From Candidatus Aldehydirespiratoraceae bacterium (GTDB lineage Bacteria; Actinomycetota; Acidimicrobiia; Acidimicrobiales; Aldehydirespiratoraceae): DNA of 64,000 nt. The position numbers and the translations under genes were made by a program. Location: positions 1,017 through 65,016 of the forward strand of contig OZ243951.1 of assembly GCA_965214565.1 (NCBI GenBank), read 5' to 3'. This document shows, one piece after another, positions 35,421-45,203 of this stretch. The number at the start of each line of letters is the position of its first letter. The stretch's first letter is position 1. A model generated the notes under the pieces. That model saw only the letters and a program-made list of their open reading frames with translations. It searched no databases and was not told where the DNA came from.

Positions 35421-35523
35421 CGTGCACTGATCCAGGGTCGCCGACCGGCCGTTGAGTCCACACTCCCGAGAATCCAGAGGCTAGACAGTTAGCATCGCCG
35501 TACACCGAAAGACGCAGAACGAG

Positions 35524-36522
35524 ATGGCAACAGGAGCAACCCTACGAGACGTGGCCGACAGGGTCGGAGTGTCGCCTCGCACGGTATCCAGAGTCGTCAA
35601 CGACGAGGGGGGGTTCTCCAAGGCGACCCGGGCCAGGGTGCTCGAAGCGGTGGAGGATCTCGGATACCAGCCGAACATGTTGGCCCGCGGCTTGATCACC
35701 CGCCGCAGCGGCACGGTTGGACTCGTCGGCGCAGACATGACCGACCCGTTCTTCCCCGCGATGGCCGAGGGTATCCAGAACGAGGCCCGCGAGACCGGTC
35801 GCACAATGTTCTTCGCAAGCAACGACGGCGATCCCCATCGCCAGGCCGAAGTGTTCAGATCGCTGCTGTCGCACGCGGTCGACGGAGTGATCGTTTTCCC
35901 TGCCCCCGGGACGGTCGAACAGTTGGCCGCCTACGCTCGGCGCGGGATGCCTCTGGTGATCGTCGACGACATCGTCGAGTTCCCCAATCTCGCTTCGGTG
36001 TCGTTCGATCTCGAGGACGGTGCCCACCAGGCGGCACAACATCTGCTCGCTACCGGCAGACGCAGGATCGGCATGATCGGCTCGGAGGTCACAGTTCCCC
36101 GAAACCGACGCCGGGAGCGGGGATTCTTGCGAGCGTTCGAGAAGGCACCCACGGGTACTGCCCCCCCGGAACTGGTCCGCGAGCAACCGACGGTGACCGG
36201 AGGATCAGACGGGTTGAAGAAGCTCCTTGAACGCCGACCCGACCTCGACGGGATCTTCGCCTTCAACGACTCAATGGCCGTCGGCGCCATGCGTGCGGCA
36301 CAGTCGGCCGGCTACCGCGTCCCCGACGATCTGGCCATAGTCGGCTGCAACGACATCGAACTGAGTGGACTGGTGAACCCCAGGCTGACCACCATCAGAC
36401 TCGACCGCCGCCGACTGAGCGCGGAAGCGATCCGAGTCCTCCATGATCTGATTGAGGCTCCGGGCGCCAACCCCGCACCCGTGGTGCTGCCCGTGGAACT
36501 CGTGGTGCGGGAATCGACATGA
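35524..36522 (+). CDS. LacI family transcriptional regulator
   Basis: N-terminal HTH ATLRDVADRVGVSPRTVSRVVN and a periplasmic-binding-protein-like effector domain. 332 aa. Confidence 0.9.
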   Translation: MATGATLRDVADRVGVSPRTVSRVVNDEGGFSKATRARVLEAVEDLGYQPNMLARGLITRRSGTVGLVGADMTDPFFPAMAEGIQNEARETGRTMFFASNDGDPHRQAEVFRSLLSHAVDGVIVFPAPGTVEQLAAYARRGMPLVIVDDIVEFPNLASVSFDLEDGAHQAAQHLLATGRRRIGMIGSEVTVPRNRRRERGFLRAFEKAPTGTAPPELVREQPTVTGGSDGLKKLLERRPDLDGIFAFNDSMAVGAMRAAQSAGYRVPDDLAIVGCNDIELSGLVNPRLTTIRLDRRRLSAEAIRVLHDLIEAPGANPAPVVLPVELVVREST

Positions 36523-36527
36523 TCGAG

Positions 36528-36551
36528 GGATTCGGAGCGACTCCCGAATCC
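36528..36551 (+). promoter_or_regulatory. GC-rich stem-loop between lacI and galK
   Basis: GGATTCGG (36528-36535) pairs with CCGAATCC (36544-36551), plus an inner AG/CT pair and a 3-nt loop. It begins 6 nt after the lacI stop and ends 14 nt before the galK ATG. No T-tract follows. Confidence 0.4.
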
Positions 36552-36565
36552 GGCGCGGCGTGAAC

Positions 36566-37753
36566 ATGGTGAGCGCTGACCGCAGCAGCAGCTCGCCTGC
36601 GATGGACCGGGCGATCCTGCGCCATCGGCAGCGCTGGGGCACGCCCGAAGTCGTGGGCCGCGCACCCGGACGGGTCAACCTGATCGGCGAGCACACCGAC
36701 TACAACGACGGATTCGTGCTGCCGATGGCGCTGCCCTTCGACACCGTCGTCGCAGCGCGGCGAGCACCCGAAGGGTCGAGCACCGAGGTCTTCTCAGAGG
36801 ACTTCGGGCACGCTGTGCTGGCGCCGTCGACCGCAGAGATCGACCCGACAGACTGGTCCGTCTACCTGCACGGCGTCCACCGCCTACTTCACGCCGAGGG
36901 TTTCCGCCCCGGGCCGTGGCACGCCACCATCGCCACCGACATACCTGCCGGTGCGGGGCTGTCGTCGTCCGCAGCCCTCGAAGTGGCGGTCGTGTCGACC
37001 ATCCTGCACCTGGCCGGCGGCGAACAATCCGCCGCGCAGATCGCCCGACTTTGCCAACGGGTAGACAACGAATTGGTGGGGATTCCCAGCGGGATCATGG
37101 ATCAGATGATCTCGGCTTCAGCGCTGGCCCGACACGCCTCTTTGATCGACTGCCGCTCTCTGCGCGTTAAGCCCTACCCGCTTCCGGGGGACTCGGTTGT
37201 GGCGGTGATGGACACGAAGACCCGCCGTCAACTCGTCGACTCCGAGTACTCCGACCGCCGCTCGGCATGTGTCCGTGCGGCCGCGGCCATGGGCGTGGAT
37301 TCGCTCCGTGACGCTCGGCTGACCGACCTCGAACGGATCCCGTCCGACCTTGCTGTCGAGCGGCGTCGGGCGCACCATGTGATCACCGAGAACCAGCGCA
37401 CGGTCGACGCCGCGCAGACGATGGCTGTCGGTGACGCCGCGGCCCTCGGCAAGCTGATGGACACCAGTCACGACAGCCTGCGCGACGACTACGAAGTCTC
37501 AGGGCCCGCACTGGATCAGATGGTCGAGATCGCCCGGGAGAGCGCCGGCTGCTTCGGTGCGCGCATGACCGGAGGCGGTTTCGCGGGCTGCGCAGTGGCG
37601 CTGGTGCAAACCGAGGCGGCAACCGAGTTTCAAAAGTGTGTAGCACAGCGCTACCGCGACGAGAGCGGCCTCGACGCCGAGATCTGGCTCTGCGAACCCG
37701 CCGCCGGCGCTTCGGTCACCTCCGTCTCAGGCAACATCGACGCAGCGTTCTAG
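36566..37753 (+). CDS. galK: galactokinase
   Basis: GRVNLIGEHTDYNDGFVLP signature, GHMP motif PAGAGLSSSAA, and C-terminal GARMTGGGFGG-like (GARMTGGGFAGC). Start set at ATG 36566 (alternative 36602); the track ORF begins inside lacI. Confidence 0.92.
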   Translation: MVSADRSSSSPAMDRAILRHRQRWGTPEVVGRAPGRVNLIGEHTDYNDGFVLPMALPFDTVVAARRAPEGSSTEVFSEDFGHAVLAPSTAEIDPTDWSVYLHGVHRLLHAEGFRPGPWHATIATDIPAGAGLSSSAALEVAVVSTILHLAGGEQSAAQIARLCQRVDNELVGIPSGIMDQMISASALARHASLIDCRSLRVKPYPLPGDSVVAVMDTKTRRQLVDSEYSDRRSACVRAAAAMGVDSLRDARLTDLERIPSDLAVERRRAHHVITENQRTVDAAQTMAVGDAAALGKLMDTSHDSLRDDYEVSGPALDQMVEIARESAGCFGARMTGGGFAGCAVALVQTEAATEFQKCVAQRYRDESGLDAEIWLCEPAAGASVTSVSGNIDAAF

Positions 37754-38448
37754 AACAGCGCGGTGCTCAGCTTGCGGCGCCACAGTGCGCTGCGAGGATC
37801 ATCGGGGCCGAGCGCCTCAAGCAGGTCGAGAAACCTCATGCGGGCCTCGTCGTCGGTCTTCACCGTCGCCAACAGTTCAGCGAGGATCTCCCCGACGTCG
37901 TCACCGACTCCGCCGGTGCGGGCCAAAGCTATGATCCGGCGGGTCTCGGCCGATTCTGGGATGCGCTCCAGCAGTTGCAACCCCGAATCCACCTCACCCT
38001 GGGACACCAACAATTCCGCCAACGCCGTGACAGCAGCGGGATTGTCGGGCTCGAGCTTCAACGCCGCGACCAACGACTGCTCGTCGCCGATCGCCACCAA
38101 CCTCTCAACCTCGCTCTGCTCCGGCGCCGGCACGAGGCGCGCCACGAACTCACGCACCTGGGCCTCCCCCTGGGCGCCCATGAAGCCGTCGACAGCCTGC
38201 CCGTCAACCATCGCGTACACGGCAGGAATCGACTGCACTTTGAACGCTTGGGCCACGGCCGGGTTGGCGTCGATGTCGATCTTCGCCAACTCGACCGCTC
38301 CGTTGGTCTCGGCGACGACCTTCTCGAGTATCGGAGTTAGCTGCTTGCATGGTCCGCACCACTGTGCCCAAAGATCCACGACGACTGGTACCGTCTTGGA
38401 GCGCTGCACAACATCGCGGTCGAATGTCGAGTCGGTTACATCGGCCAT
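37750..38448 (-). CDS. thioredoxin-domain plus TPR-like co-chaperone (YbbN/CnoX-like)
   Basis: MADVTDSTFDRDVV...VDLWAQWCGPCK thioredoxin fold followed by a helical TPR-like C-terminus. Start set at the internal ATG 38448; the ORF extends to 38895. Confidence 0.8.
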   Translation of the reverse strand: MADVTDSTFDRDVVQRSKTVPVVVDLWAQWCGPCKQLTPILEKVVAETNGAVELAKIDIDANPAVAQAFKVQSIPAVYAMVDGQAVDGFMGAQGEAQVREFVARLVPAPEQSEVERLVAIGDEQSLVAALKLEPDNPAAVTALAELLVSQGEVDSGLQLLERIPESAETRRIIALARTGGVGDDVGEILAELLATVKTDDEARMRFLDLLEALGPDDPRSALWRRKLSTALF

Positions 38449-38565
38449 AGTGTCGTGCAAGGTAGCGCAACGGCGGTCGATTCCCTTCCCCCACCAGTTT
38501 CGGGCCATCATGTTCGACCGACGAACAACCCCACACTCCCGCCGACCTGGAGGCAACGAAAACCA

Positions 38566-39501
38566 ATGAGTTCTGCCATCGACCCTGAGCAGTTGTATCG
38601 AGTGCTGCGAACCCCTGATGTCGTCGATCCAGTCCTGCTGGTCCATTTCGACGGCTGGGTCGACGCGGGACGGGGTGCCAGAACCGCGATCCGCCATATC
38701 AGCAATGTCACCGGGGCCGAGAAGTTGGCGGAGTTCAACACCGAGTTCCTGCTCGACTATCGGGCGCATCGACCGACGCTGCACATCGTCAACGGCATCA
38801 ACGCCGACATCGACTGGCCCGTCATCGAACTCACTGCAGGGCGTGACAGCGACGACCGCGACGTGCTCATCCTCAGCGGATCCGAACCGGACCACAACTG
38901 GCGATCATTCGTCGAGGCGGTCGTCGTGCTCGGCAAGCGGTTCGGAGTGCGTCGGCTGGTCAGCCTCGGGGCTTACCCGGCGGCCGTCCCCCACACTCGC
39001 AGCACCCGCCTGACCATCACCTCCCCCACTCCTGAGTTGGTGCGCGCCAACCAGACCGGGGCGACCCTCGAAGTGCCCGCCGGCATGGCCGCGGCGATCG
39101 AGGCTGCCTTCACCGCAGCAGGGATCGCCTCGCTGAGCCTCTGGGCGCAGGTCCCCCATTACATTGCTGCGGCCCCCTACCCCGCCGCCGCGCTGTCGCT
39201 CATCGAGGGGCTCGACGACACCGCAGGCATAAGCATCAACAGCGGCGACCTCTCCGAACACGCCCTGACGATCCGCAACCAACTCGACGCGCTCATCGCT
39301 GAAGACGAGGACCACGCCCAGACCATCGCCCAACTCGAACGCCATCACGACGAGTTCAACCCGGGCGGGATCAGCGCGGAAGGCACACTCGCCATCTCTG
39401 AAGAACTCGGCGCCCAGTTCGAACGGTTCCTGCGCGACCAGGACGACGCTGCCACACCAGACACCAGCGAGGGAGACGTCGTCGACGGGGACCCCGAATG
39501 A
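38566..39501 (+). CDS. PAC2 (proteasome assembly chaperone 2-like) family protein
   Basis: LLVHFDGWVDAGRG and LILSGSEPDHNWRSFVEAV motifs, with the acidic C-terminus typical of actinobacterial PAC2 proteins. Start set at ATG 38566. Confidence 0.72.
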   Translation: MSSAIDPEQLYRVLRTPDVVDPVLLVHFDGWVDAGRGARTAIRHISNVTGAEKLAEFNTEFLLDYRAHRPTLHIVNGINADIDWPVIELTAGRDSDDRDVLILSGSEPDHNWRSFVEAVVVLGKRFGVRRLVSLGAYPAAVPHTRSTRLTITSPTPELVRANQTGATLEVPAGMAAAIEAAFTAAGIASLSLWAQVPHYIAAAPYPAAALSLIEGLDDTAGISINSGDLSEHALTIRNQLDALIAEDEDHAQTIAQLERHHDEFNPGGISAEGTLAISEELGAQFERFLRDQDDAATPDTSEGDVVDGDPE

Positions 39502-39575
39502 AGCTCGATGCCGCGCTCATGGGCCCGCTCGACAGCATCGCTCAGACAGCAGCCGAGATGGAGGCGTTGGGGCTA

Positions 39576-41252
39576 TCAGGGCAGGGCCCAGAGCTTCCCT
39601 TGGCCCACATCTCCAACCAACTGCGCGCCTGGGGGTGCGGTTGCGTCCGCACGTAGCAGCAGATGGGACGTCTCTGGGCTGATCTTGTCCGGGGCGACCT
39701 CGACTGAGGTGTCGTCGAACCCGACTTCCCAGGCGACCGCACCCGTCAGGTTTACAGACAACCCAGGCGTGTCGACGGCGATCTGGGATATCTCGACATC
39801 CTCCAGCGCCTCTTGAACAGAGCTCAAAGCGGCTGTAGCGAACAGTTGGTCGAGCGCTTCGAGGTCCGAGGCGGTTCCGAGGCACAGCGCGGCCAACGCC
39901 AGACAACATCCCAGCCAGGGCTGCGACAACCTGAACGCCATGAGCAGCACGACGCCGACCAGCACCGCCACCAACGCGGCCGCGCCCGGTTCAAAGACGT
40001 CATTGCCGAACGGCGCGCCGCCGGCCTCGACGCCGAGCATCATGACCGGAGACCGGGAGTTGCCCCAGTTGTCACCTGCACCGGCCCATGCACCCCACAC
40101 TCCCGAAGCGACGATGGCAGCGGTCATGGCGAGGCCCGCCCGAGCAGCACGCATCCTCGTTGAACCGATGATCCCCAACGCAACGAGGGTGGGTGCCAAG
40201 ACCTCGATATAGCGCCCGTGGAGGTATGCGTCGGCACGTCCCACACCGGTGAGGAACCATCCAGCAACGACGACCACGGCGAGTCCGGCAACAAATACCC
40301 ACGGCCCGACCGGCGGCGACCGGAGCAGCAGCACCAACCCGATGGCAGCAAACCCCGCGGTGGCGAGCACCAGATAGGCGACCGTCCCGGTGCCTCGCAG
40401 TAGCATCTCGGGGGCTTCGGCCAGGCCCCGACGGCCAGCCAGATCAACCACGTCGTAGGTGCCGCTGCTGGCGAACGCCGCGCTCGCAACGGTGCGGCGC
40501 ACTCCTTCGACTGCGGCCAAGCCCAGCAAACCGCCTCCTCCGACGACGAGCGTGGCAGCCCCGGAGAGGGCCGGCTCGCTTCGGCTGGCGGCAGGATCGG
40601 GCGGCGCGGCGAAGCTGCTGCGGATCCGCCAGCGTCTGACCAGGCGGTCGAACCGGGCGATACAGGGGACAGCCAGAACGACCACCAGCGCGGCCGCACC
40701 CATCCGCGGGTGGCCCGCGAACAGCGCTGCCGCCCCCCCGACGACCGCGATCGCCCGGCGGTATGACTGACGTTCCACGAACCGGATCAGGAACAGGACG
40801 CTCAGCGCCACCAGCAGAGGCAGCAGTCGCTCGGTCCAGACGATAGAGGCGGTCGACATCTGAGCCGGCAGCGAGGCTCCGACCACCGCGGCGACCAGCG
40901 ACCACCGCGGCGAGGCTCCGGTGAGCCGCCTCACAACCGCATAGAGAACTGGCACCAGCGCGGCGCCGAGCAGCCCGTTGAGAACCCGAGCCCAGATCAG
41001 CATCGACGACTCGTCGAACCCGAGGGCCCAACCGGGCGCCAGCAGCACGGGATATAGCACCCCGTAAGGAGGTTGATCCGCGAGCGGCGCCGCTCCCTGA
41101 CCCGCCAGTGTCCGGGCCATCCCCAGGTAGGCGAGATCGTCGGAAACGAGCAGCGGGCCCGGCGTGAGCATGGCAACCCAACTTCCGACAACGGCATGCA
41201 ACGCGGTCACTGCTGCCAAAGTCCTGCGTTCGTTCACAGTGGGCACTGCCAC
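39576..41252 (-). CDS. polytopic membrane protein, putative GT-C fold glycosyltransferase (ArnT/PMT-like)
   Basis: More than 10 predicted hydrophobic helices, an early acidic loop motif (VSDDLAYLGMA), and a C-terminal soluble domain of about 120 aa. Assigned from architecture only. Confidence 0.45.
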   Translation of the reverse strand: MAVPTVNERRTLAAVTALHAVVGSWVAMLTPGPLLVSDDLAYLGMARTLAGQGAAPLADQPPYGVLYPVLLAPGWALGFDESSMLIWARVLNGLLGAALVPVLYAVVRRLTGASPRWSLVAAVVGASLPAQMSTASIVWTERLLPLLVALSVLFLIRFVERQSYRRAIAVVGGAAALFAGHPRMGAAALVVVLAVPCIARFDRLVRRWRIRSSFAAPPDPAASRSEPALSGAATLVVGGGGLLGLAAVEGVRRTVASAAFASSGTYDVVDLAGRRGLAEAPEMLLRGTGTVAYLVLATAGFAAIGLVLLLRSPPVGPWVFVAGLAVVVVAGWFLTGVGRADAYLHGRYIEVLAPTLVALGIIGSTRMRAARAGLAMTAAIVASGVWGAWAGAGDNWGNSRSPVMMLGVEAGGAPFGNDVFEPGAAALVAVLVGVVLLMAFRLSQPWLGCCLALAALCLGTASDLEALDQLFATAALSSVQEALEDVEISQIAVDTPGLSVNLTGAVAWEVGFDDTSVEVAPDKISPETSHLLLRADATAPPGAQLVGDVGQGKLWALP

Positions 41253-41325
41253 GACGTTACGCGCCCCACGCTATCTGTAGTGGGAGGGGCTGGTGCGACT
41301 GCTACGCTCCTGTGCTGGAGAACAC

Positions 41326-41398
41326 GGGGCTATAGCTCAGTTGGTAGAGCGCTTCCATGGCATGGAAGAGGTCAGGGGTTCAATTCCCCTTAGCTCCA
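41326..41398 (+). tRNA. tRNA-Ala (anticodon GGC)
   Basis: GGGGCTATAGCTCAGTTGGTAGAGCGCTTCCATGGCATGGAAGAGGTCAGGGGTTCAATTCCCCTTAGCTCCA. Cloverleaf with the G3:U70 Ala identity pair, anticodon loop AT-GGC-AT, and T-loop GGTTCAATTCC. CCA is not encoded. Confidence 0.93.
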
Positions 41399-41423
41399 CC
41401 CGGTTGCCACCGCGCCCCTAGCC

Positions 41424-42446
41424 TCATCGACGTAGCGCGCCGCGGACGATCGTGGCGCAGAGCTGCGCGATAGCGAGGTGCGTCGCCGGTTCGATGCCAT
41501 CGACATGGTCGTCGATGATGCCGTGTGTCGAGTTGATCAGCCCTTCAGCAGTCATGACGTCGAGCAGGCGGCGCTCTGCCTCGGGGGTGTGAAGAACGCT
41601 GCGATCGCCGGTGCGGGCCGCCATCGCTGCCACGATCGCCGTGCAGCCCCAGTTCGAGACCGCAGCGGTGACGAGCACATCAGCCGTCGAGACCGCGCCG
41701 ATCCCGCCCCCGCAGGGACAGCTGCCGTCGCCGCCGAACGGGATATGGGCCTGCACCTGGTCGGCGACATTGCCCATGCCGATCTCGTTGCCACCGTCGC
41801 CGATCGCCAACACCGGGATGCCACGATCACGGGCAGCGTCGAAAAGGTCGTCGATCCGGGCTCGGCCCATGCCGTAGTCGCGGCCGCGCATGTTGTAGTA
41901 GATCCCGTTGCGATTGCGTCCGACTCGTTCGGTCGAGACCAGCAGATCAGGCTGGAGCTCGTCGAGCATTGCCGTTGCGGCGGCAGGACCCTCTTCGTCG
42001 GTGAGGGGGAACGACCGTGTCGTCATCACAACGAGGCTGGCCTCATCGTTGGCGAGCCGGGCTTGCTCAAAGTCGACCAATGCAAGACCTCCGGCCTGAC
42101 AGACCCGGCCGATGGGACCCAGCAACGCCTCCTCGGCAACCAGGGCCACGGTCGCCCGGCGAGTCAATACGATGGCGCGGGCGAGCGCGGCGGCGCCAGC
42201 CGGTCCGTCATTCTCGCCGATGGCCGCGGAGATCCACGCCCGGGAGACCGAGCCTGTGGTGAGGATCACGGTGCCGCCTTCGGGCACCGAGAGCAGGGCA
42301 TCGGCAGCCGCGCCGATCAGCGATCTGCCTTGCTGTTCACGGGCGGCGCGGAAGAGTGGTTCTATTCCTCGGTTGCCGACGTCGAGGTTGACCAGCCGAT
42401 CGAGTCGATCGTCCAACTCGGCGAGGCGGGCGGCATCCATGGTCAT
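41424..42446 (-). CDS. DUF4392 / D-glutamate-cyclase-like protein
   Basis: GENDGPAGAAALA (compare the ETDGPPGA motif), STERVGRN..GIYYNMRG and IGDGGNEIGMGNV. Start set at ATG 42446, which forms an ATGA overlap with the upstream stop. Confidence 0.62.
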   Translation of the reverse strand: MTMDAARLAELDDRLDRLVNLDVGNRGIEPLFRAAREQQGRSLIGAAADALLSVPEGGTVILTTGSVSRAWISAAIGENDGPAGAAALARAIVLTRRATVALVAEEALLGPIGRVCQAGGLALVDFEQARLANDEASLVVMTTRSFPLTDEEGPAAATAMLDELQPDLLVSTERVGRNRNGIYYNMRGRDYGMGRARIDDLFDAARDRGIPVLAIGDGGNEIGMGNVADQVQAHIPFGGDGSCPCGGGIGAVSTADVLVTAAVSNWGCTAIVAAMAARTGDRSVLHTPEAERRLLDVMTAEGLINSTHGIIDDHVDGIEPATHLAIAQLCATIVRGALRR

Positions 42447-43708
42447 AATCCTTCCGTACCGAATAGCGTCGTCGCCACCCAAGCAGTGTCAGACCCCTGT
42501 GCGGCCACGGTCGACAACACGCTGTCGAACGCTCCGGCCAGGACGGTTGGCCCTCCAACACGTGCGACCGCGCCCTCGGTGGGCTTGAGGCGGATCGAGA
42601 CTCGACCCCCGGGCTGGCCGTGGGTGTTCACGGTTAGCACCCCGTGTTTGCGCAACAAGACCATCCCCGCAACAGCGGTGATCTCGCACGGGACCAGCGT
42701 GACTGCTTGGCCGCCGGGTCGGGCGTGGACGAGCCGCGTAACCGCTTCCTCTGAGAGGGTCGGACCCAACTCGGAGCGAACGACCGCGTCCTGGCCGAGC
42801 ACCTTGATCAGGGCATCGGCGACCGCTCGACCGTCTTCGACCTCTCGGCGGAGGATCTCGGGATCGAATGCCTCGAGTGAGCGCAGTGCACCCAGCGCGA
42901 TCGGGGCCCGCGCCTCGATGCCAAGCTCGCTGGCTTTAGCCAGCACTGCGACCACGACGTCTTCTCGCCCAACCATGACGCCACTGCGGGGGCCGCTCAA
43001 CCCGGCCTTATCGGTGTTGGTGATGGCCGCATCGGCGCCGAGTTCGAGGCTTTTGGCTCCACCGTGCAGAACCGGGCGCAGCCGCGCGCCGTAGGCCTCG
43101 TCCATGAAGACGATGGCACCGGCATCGTGCGCCGCGCTCACGGCCGAGCGGGTGATGTGGTCGTCGAGGCGGGCCAGGGTGCTCGTTACGGTGGTCACCA
43201 CCACCAGCGTTGGCGCCATGTCGTCGATTGCCGCTGCGATCGCGTCCGGATCGTCGATCTCCACCAGTTCGGCACCGGCGAGCGCGCATCCCCGGATCAC
43301 CGAGGCGTGGCTTCGGTCGCCAGCGGGCACAACCGACACGACGGGGCGATCGCCCGATAGGGCGACCATCGCGGCGACGATGCCTCCGGACGTGCGGTTG
43401 ACGACAGCGAAAGCGTCGTCGAATCGGCCGCCGAGATGATCGATCGCGACGTCGCGAAACCGCTCGGCGAAACGTCCGGGCCCGACCCACTCTTCGGCGA
43501 GGTCAAGATCGCCGGGGGTGAGCGGGAACGCCCGGGAGTTTCCGGTGAAGATCCCGATCGAGTCGATGCCTCGCTCCGCGACTACGTCGGCCGCGACCTG
43601 TTGGGCGTGCCGAAGTCGGCGCACTTCGGCTGCGCTCGTGTCGAGGAAGGCACCGCGTGCGTAACCCACTGTCGGATCGATCGGGTTGCCGAAGGCGTCG
43701 TCCGTCAT
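42443..43708 (-). CDS. fold-type-I PLP-dependent enzyme, SelA-like family
   Basis: FMDEAYGA (pyridine-N Asp) and ITNTDKAGLSGPRSG (Schiff-base Lys in a SelA-like GDKLLGGPQ context). 421 aa. The assignment is tentative. Confidence 0.5.
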   Translation of the reverse strand: MTDDAFGNPIDPTVGYARGAFLDTSAAEVRRLRHAQQVAADVVAERGIDSIGIFTGNSRAFPLTPGDLDLAEEWVGPGRFAERFRDVAIDHLGGRFDDAFAVVNRTSGGIVAAMVALSGDRPVVSVVPAGDRSHASVIRGCALAGAELVEIDDPDAIAAAIDDMAPTLVVVTTVTSTLARLDDHITRSAVSAAHDAGAIVFMDEAYGARLRPVLHGGAKSLELGADAAITNTDKAGLSGPRSGVMVGREDVVVAVLAKASELGIEARAPIALGALRSLEAFDPEILRREVEDGRAVADALIKVLGQDAVVRSELGPTLSEEAVTRLVHARPGGQAVTLVPCEITAVAGMVLLRKHGVLTVNTHGQPGGRVSIRLKPTEGAVARVGGPTVLAGAFDSVLSTVAAQGSDTAWVATTLFGTEGL

Positions 43709-43718
43709 CGGCCCGGCC

Positions 43719-45203
43719 TCATCCGCGCAATCGCATCGTGACCGACTTGCGGGTGGTGTATGCCTCGAGGGCGCCCTCGATCGAGTATTCGCGGCCCACG
43801 CCGCTTTGCTTCACTCCGCCGTAGGACATACCGGGGATCTGACCGCCACCGTCGTTGACCCAGATCCAGCCCGCCTCCAACGCTGAGCTGACCCGCATGA
43901 CGGTGTCGACGTTGTGGCTGAAGATGAAGGCCGCGAGGCCGTAGTGCGTGTCGTTCGCCATGTCGATCACGTCGGTCTCGTCGTCCCACGGGATGGCGAC
44001 CATCACCGGGCCGAACACCTCTTCGCGGCTGATCCTCCACGAGTTGTCGACGCCGACGATCACGGTCGGCACGGGTTGGAATGCGGGCGCCTCATCGACC
44101 GGGGCGGGAGTTGCTCCCGTCAGAAACTCTGCCCCGGCCTGCTCCGCCTCGGCGAGGTAAGCACGGACCTCGGCGTAGCGCTCGGCGTTGATGATTGCGC
44201 CCATGTCGGCTGCCTCGTCGAGGGCGTCGCCCACCACCATCGCTTCTGCGATCTCGACGACCGCGGTCATCACCGGCTCCCACACATCGCGATGGACGAA
44301 CAAGCGTGATCCGGCTGTGCACGACTGGCCCTGCCGGGCGAATCGCATCGCGTTGACGATCGCCTGCGCGGTCGTGCGCAACCGGTCGGGCGAGGCCGCA
44401 TCGGGGAACACGATGCAGGGGCTCTTCCCGCCGAGCTCGAGCGTCGCGTGTGCGAGGCGATCTGCGGCCTGACGGGCGACCGCGAAGCCGACTTCCGACG
44501 ATCCGGTGAATGACAGCTTGTCGACGCCGGGATGGGCAGCCAGCGCTACACCGGCTTCCTCGCCGACGCCGGTGACGACGTTGAACACCCCGGGCGGAAA
44601 GATGTCGGCGGCCAACTCGGTGAGTCGCAGGACTGCGAGCGGAGCGTCCTCGGCCGGTTTGAGCACCAGTGCGTTGCCGGTGGCGAGCGCCATCGAGATC
44701 TTGCCGCAGCCGAGCTGCAGGGGAGAGTTCCACGGGATGATTGAGCCGACGACACCGATCGGCTCCCGGGTCGAGTACGAGAAGAGGTCGGAGCCGAATG
44801 GGAGCACCTCTCCTTTCTGTTCGACGGCCACTCCGGAGAAGTAGCGAAGCACGCCCGCGGCACCCCCGGTCTCGCCTCGAGACTGGGTGCGAATGACATT
44901 GCCGGTCTCTGCCGCGAGGACCCGAGCGACCTCCTCGTGATGCTCATCGAGTCGGCGGGCGAGCTCCCCGAGCATCACTCCCCGCTCGGCCGCGGGAACG
45001 GCTCGCCATCCGGGCAGGGCGCGTCGAGCAGCGGTGACGGCGGCATCGATCTCCTGCGCGCCTCCGCGACCGACCTCGGTAATGATCTCTCGACGCGATG
45101 GGTTCTCGACCTCGAGGCTCCCTTCCGGGGTGATCCACTCACCGTCGATGAAGCAACCGGCGAGACCCTCGGTCGGCAAAGTGATGGGCAAAAGGTTGGT
45201 CAT
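43719..45203 (-). CDS. NAD(P)+-dependent aldehyde dehydrogenase
   Basis: FTGS, ELGGKSP and the catalytic Cys context (QGQSCTAGSR), with the PWN motif (IPWNSPL). 494 aa. Confidence 0.9.
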   Translation of the reverse strand: MTNLLPITLPTEGLAGCFIDGEWITPEGSLEVENPSRREIITEVGRGGAQEIDAAVTAARRALPGWRAVPAAERGVMLGELARRLDEHHEEVARVLAAETGNVIRTQSRGETGGAAGVLRYFSGVAVEQKGEVLPFGSDLFSYSTREPIGVVGSIIPWNSPLQLGCGKISMALATGNALVLKPAEDAPLAVLRLTELAADIFPPGVFNVVTGVGEEAGVALAAHPGVDKLSFTGSSEVGFAVARQAADRLAHATLELGGKSPCIVFPDAASPDRLRTTAQAIVNAMRFARQGQSCTAGSRLFVHRDVWEPVMTAVVEIAEAMVVGDALDEAADMGAIINAERYAEVRAYLAEAEQAGAEFLTGATPAPVDEAPAFQPVPTVIVGVDNSWRISREEVFGPVMVAIPWDDETDVIDMANDTHYGLAAFIFSHNVDTVMRVSSALEAGWIWVNDGGGQIPGMSYGGVKQSGVGREYSIEGALEAYTTRKSVTMRLRG

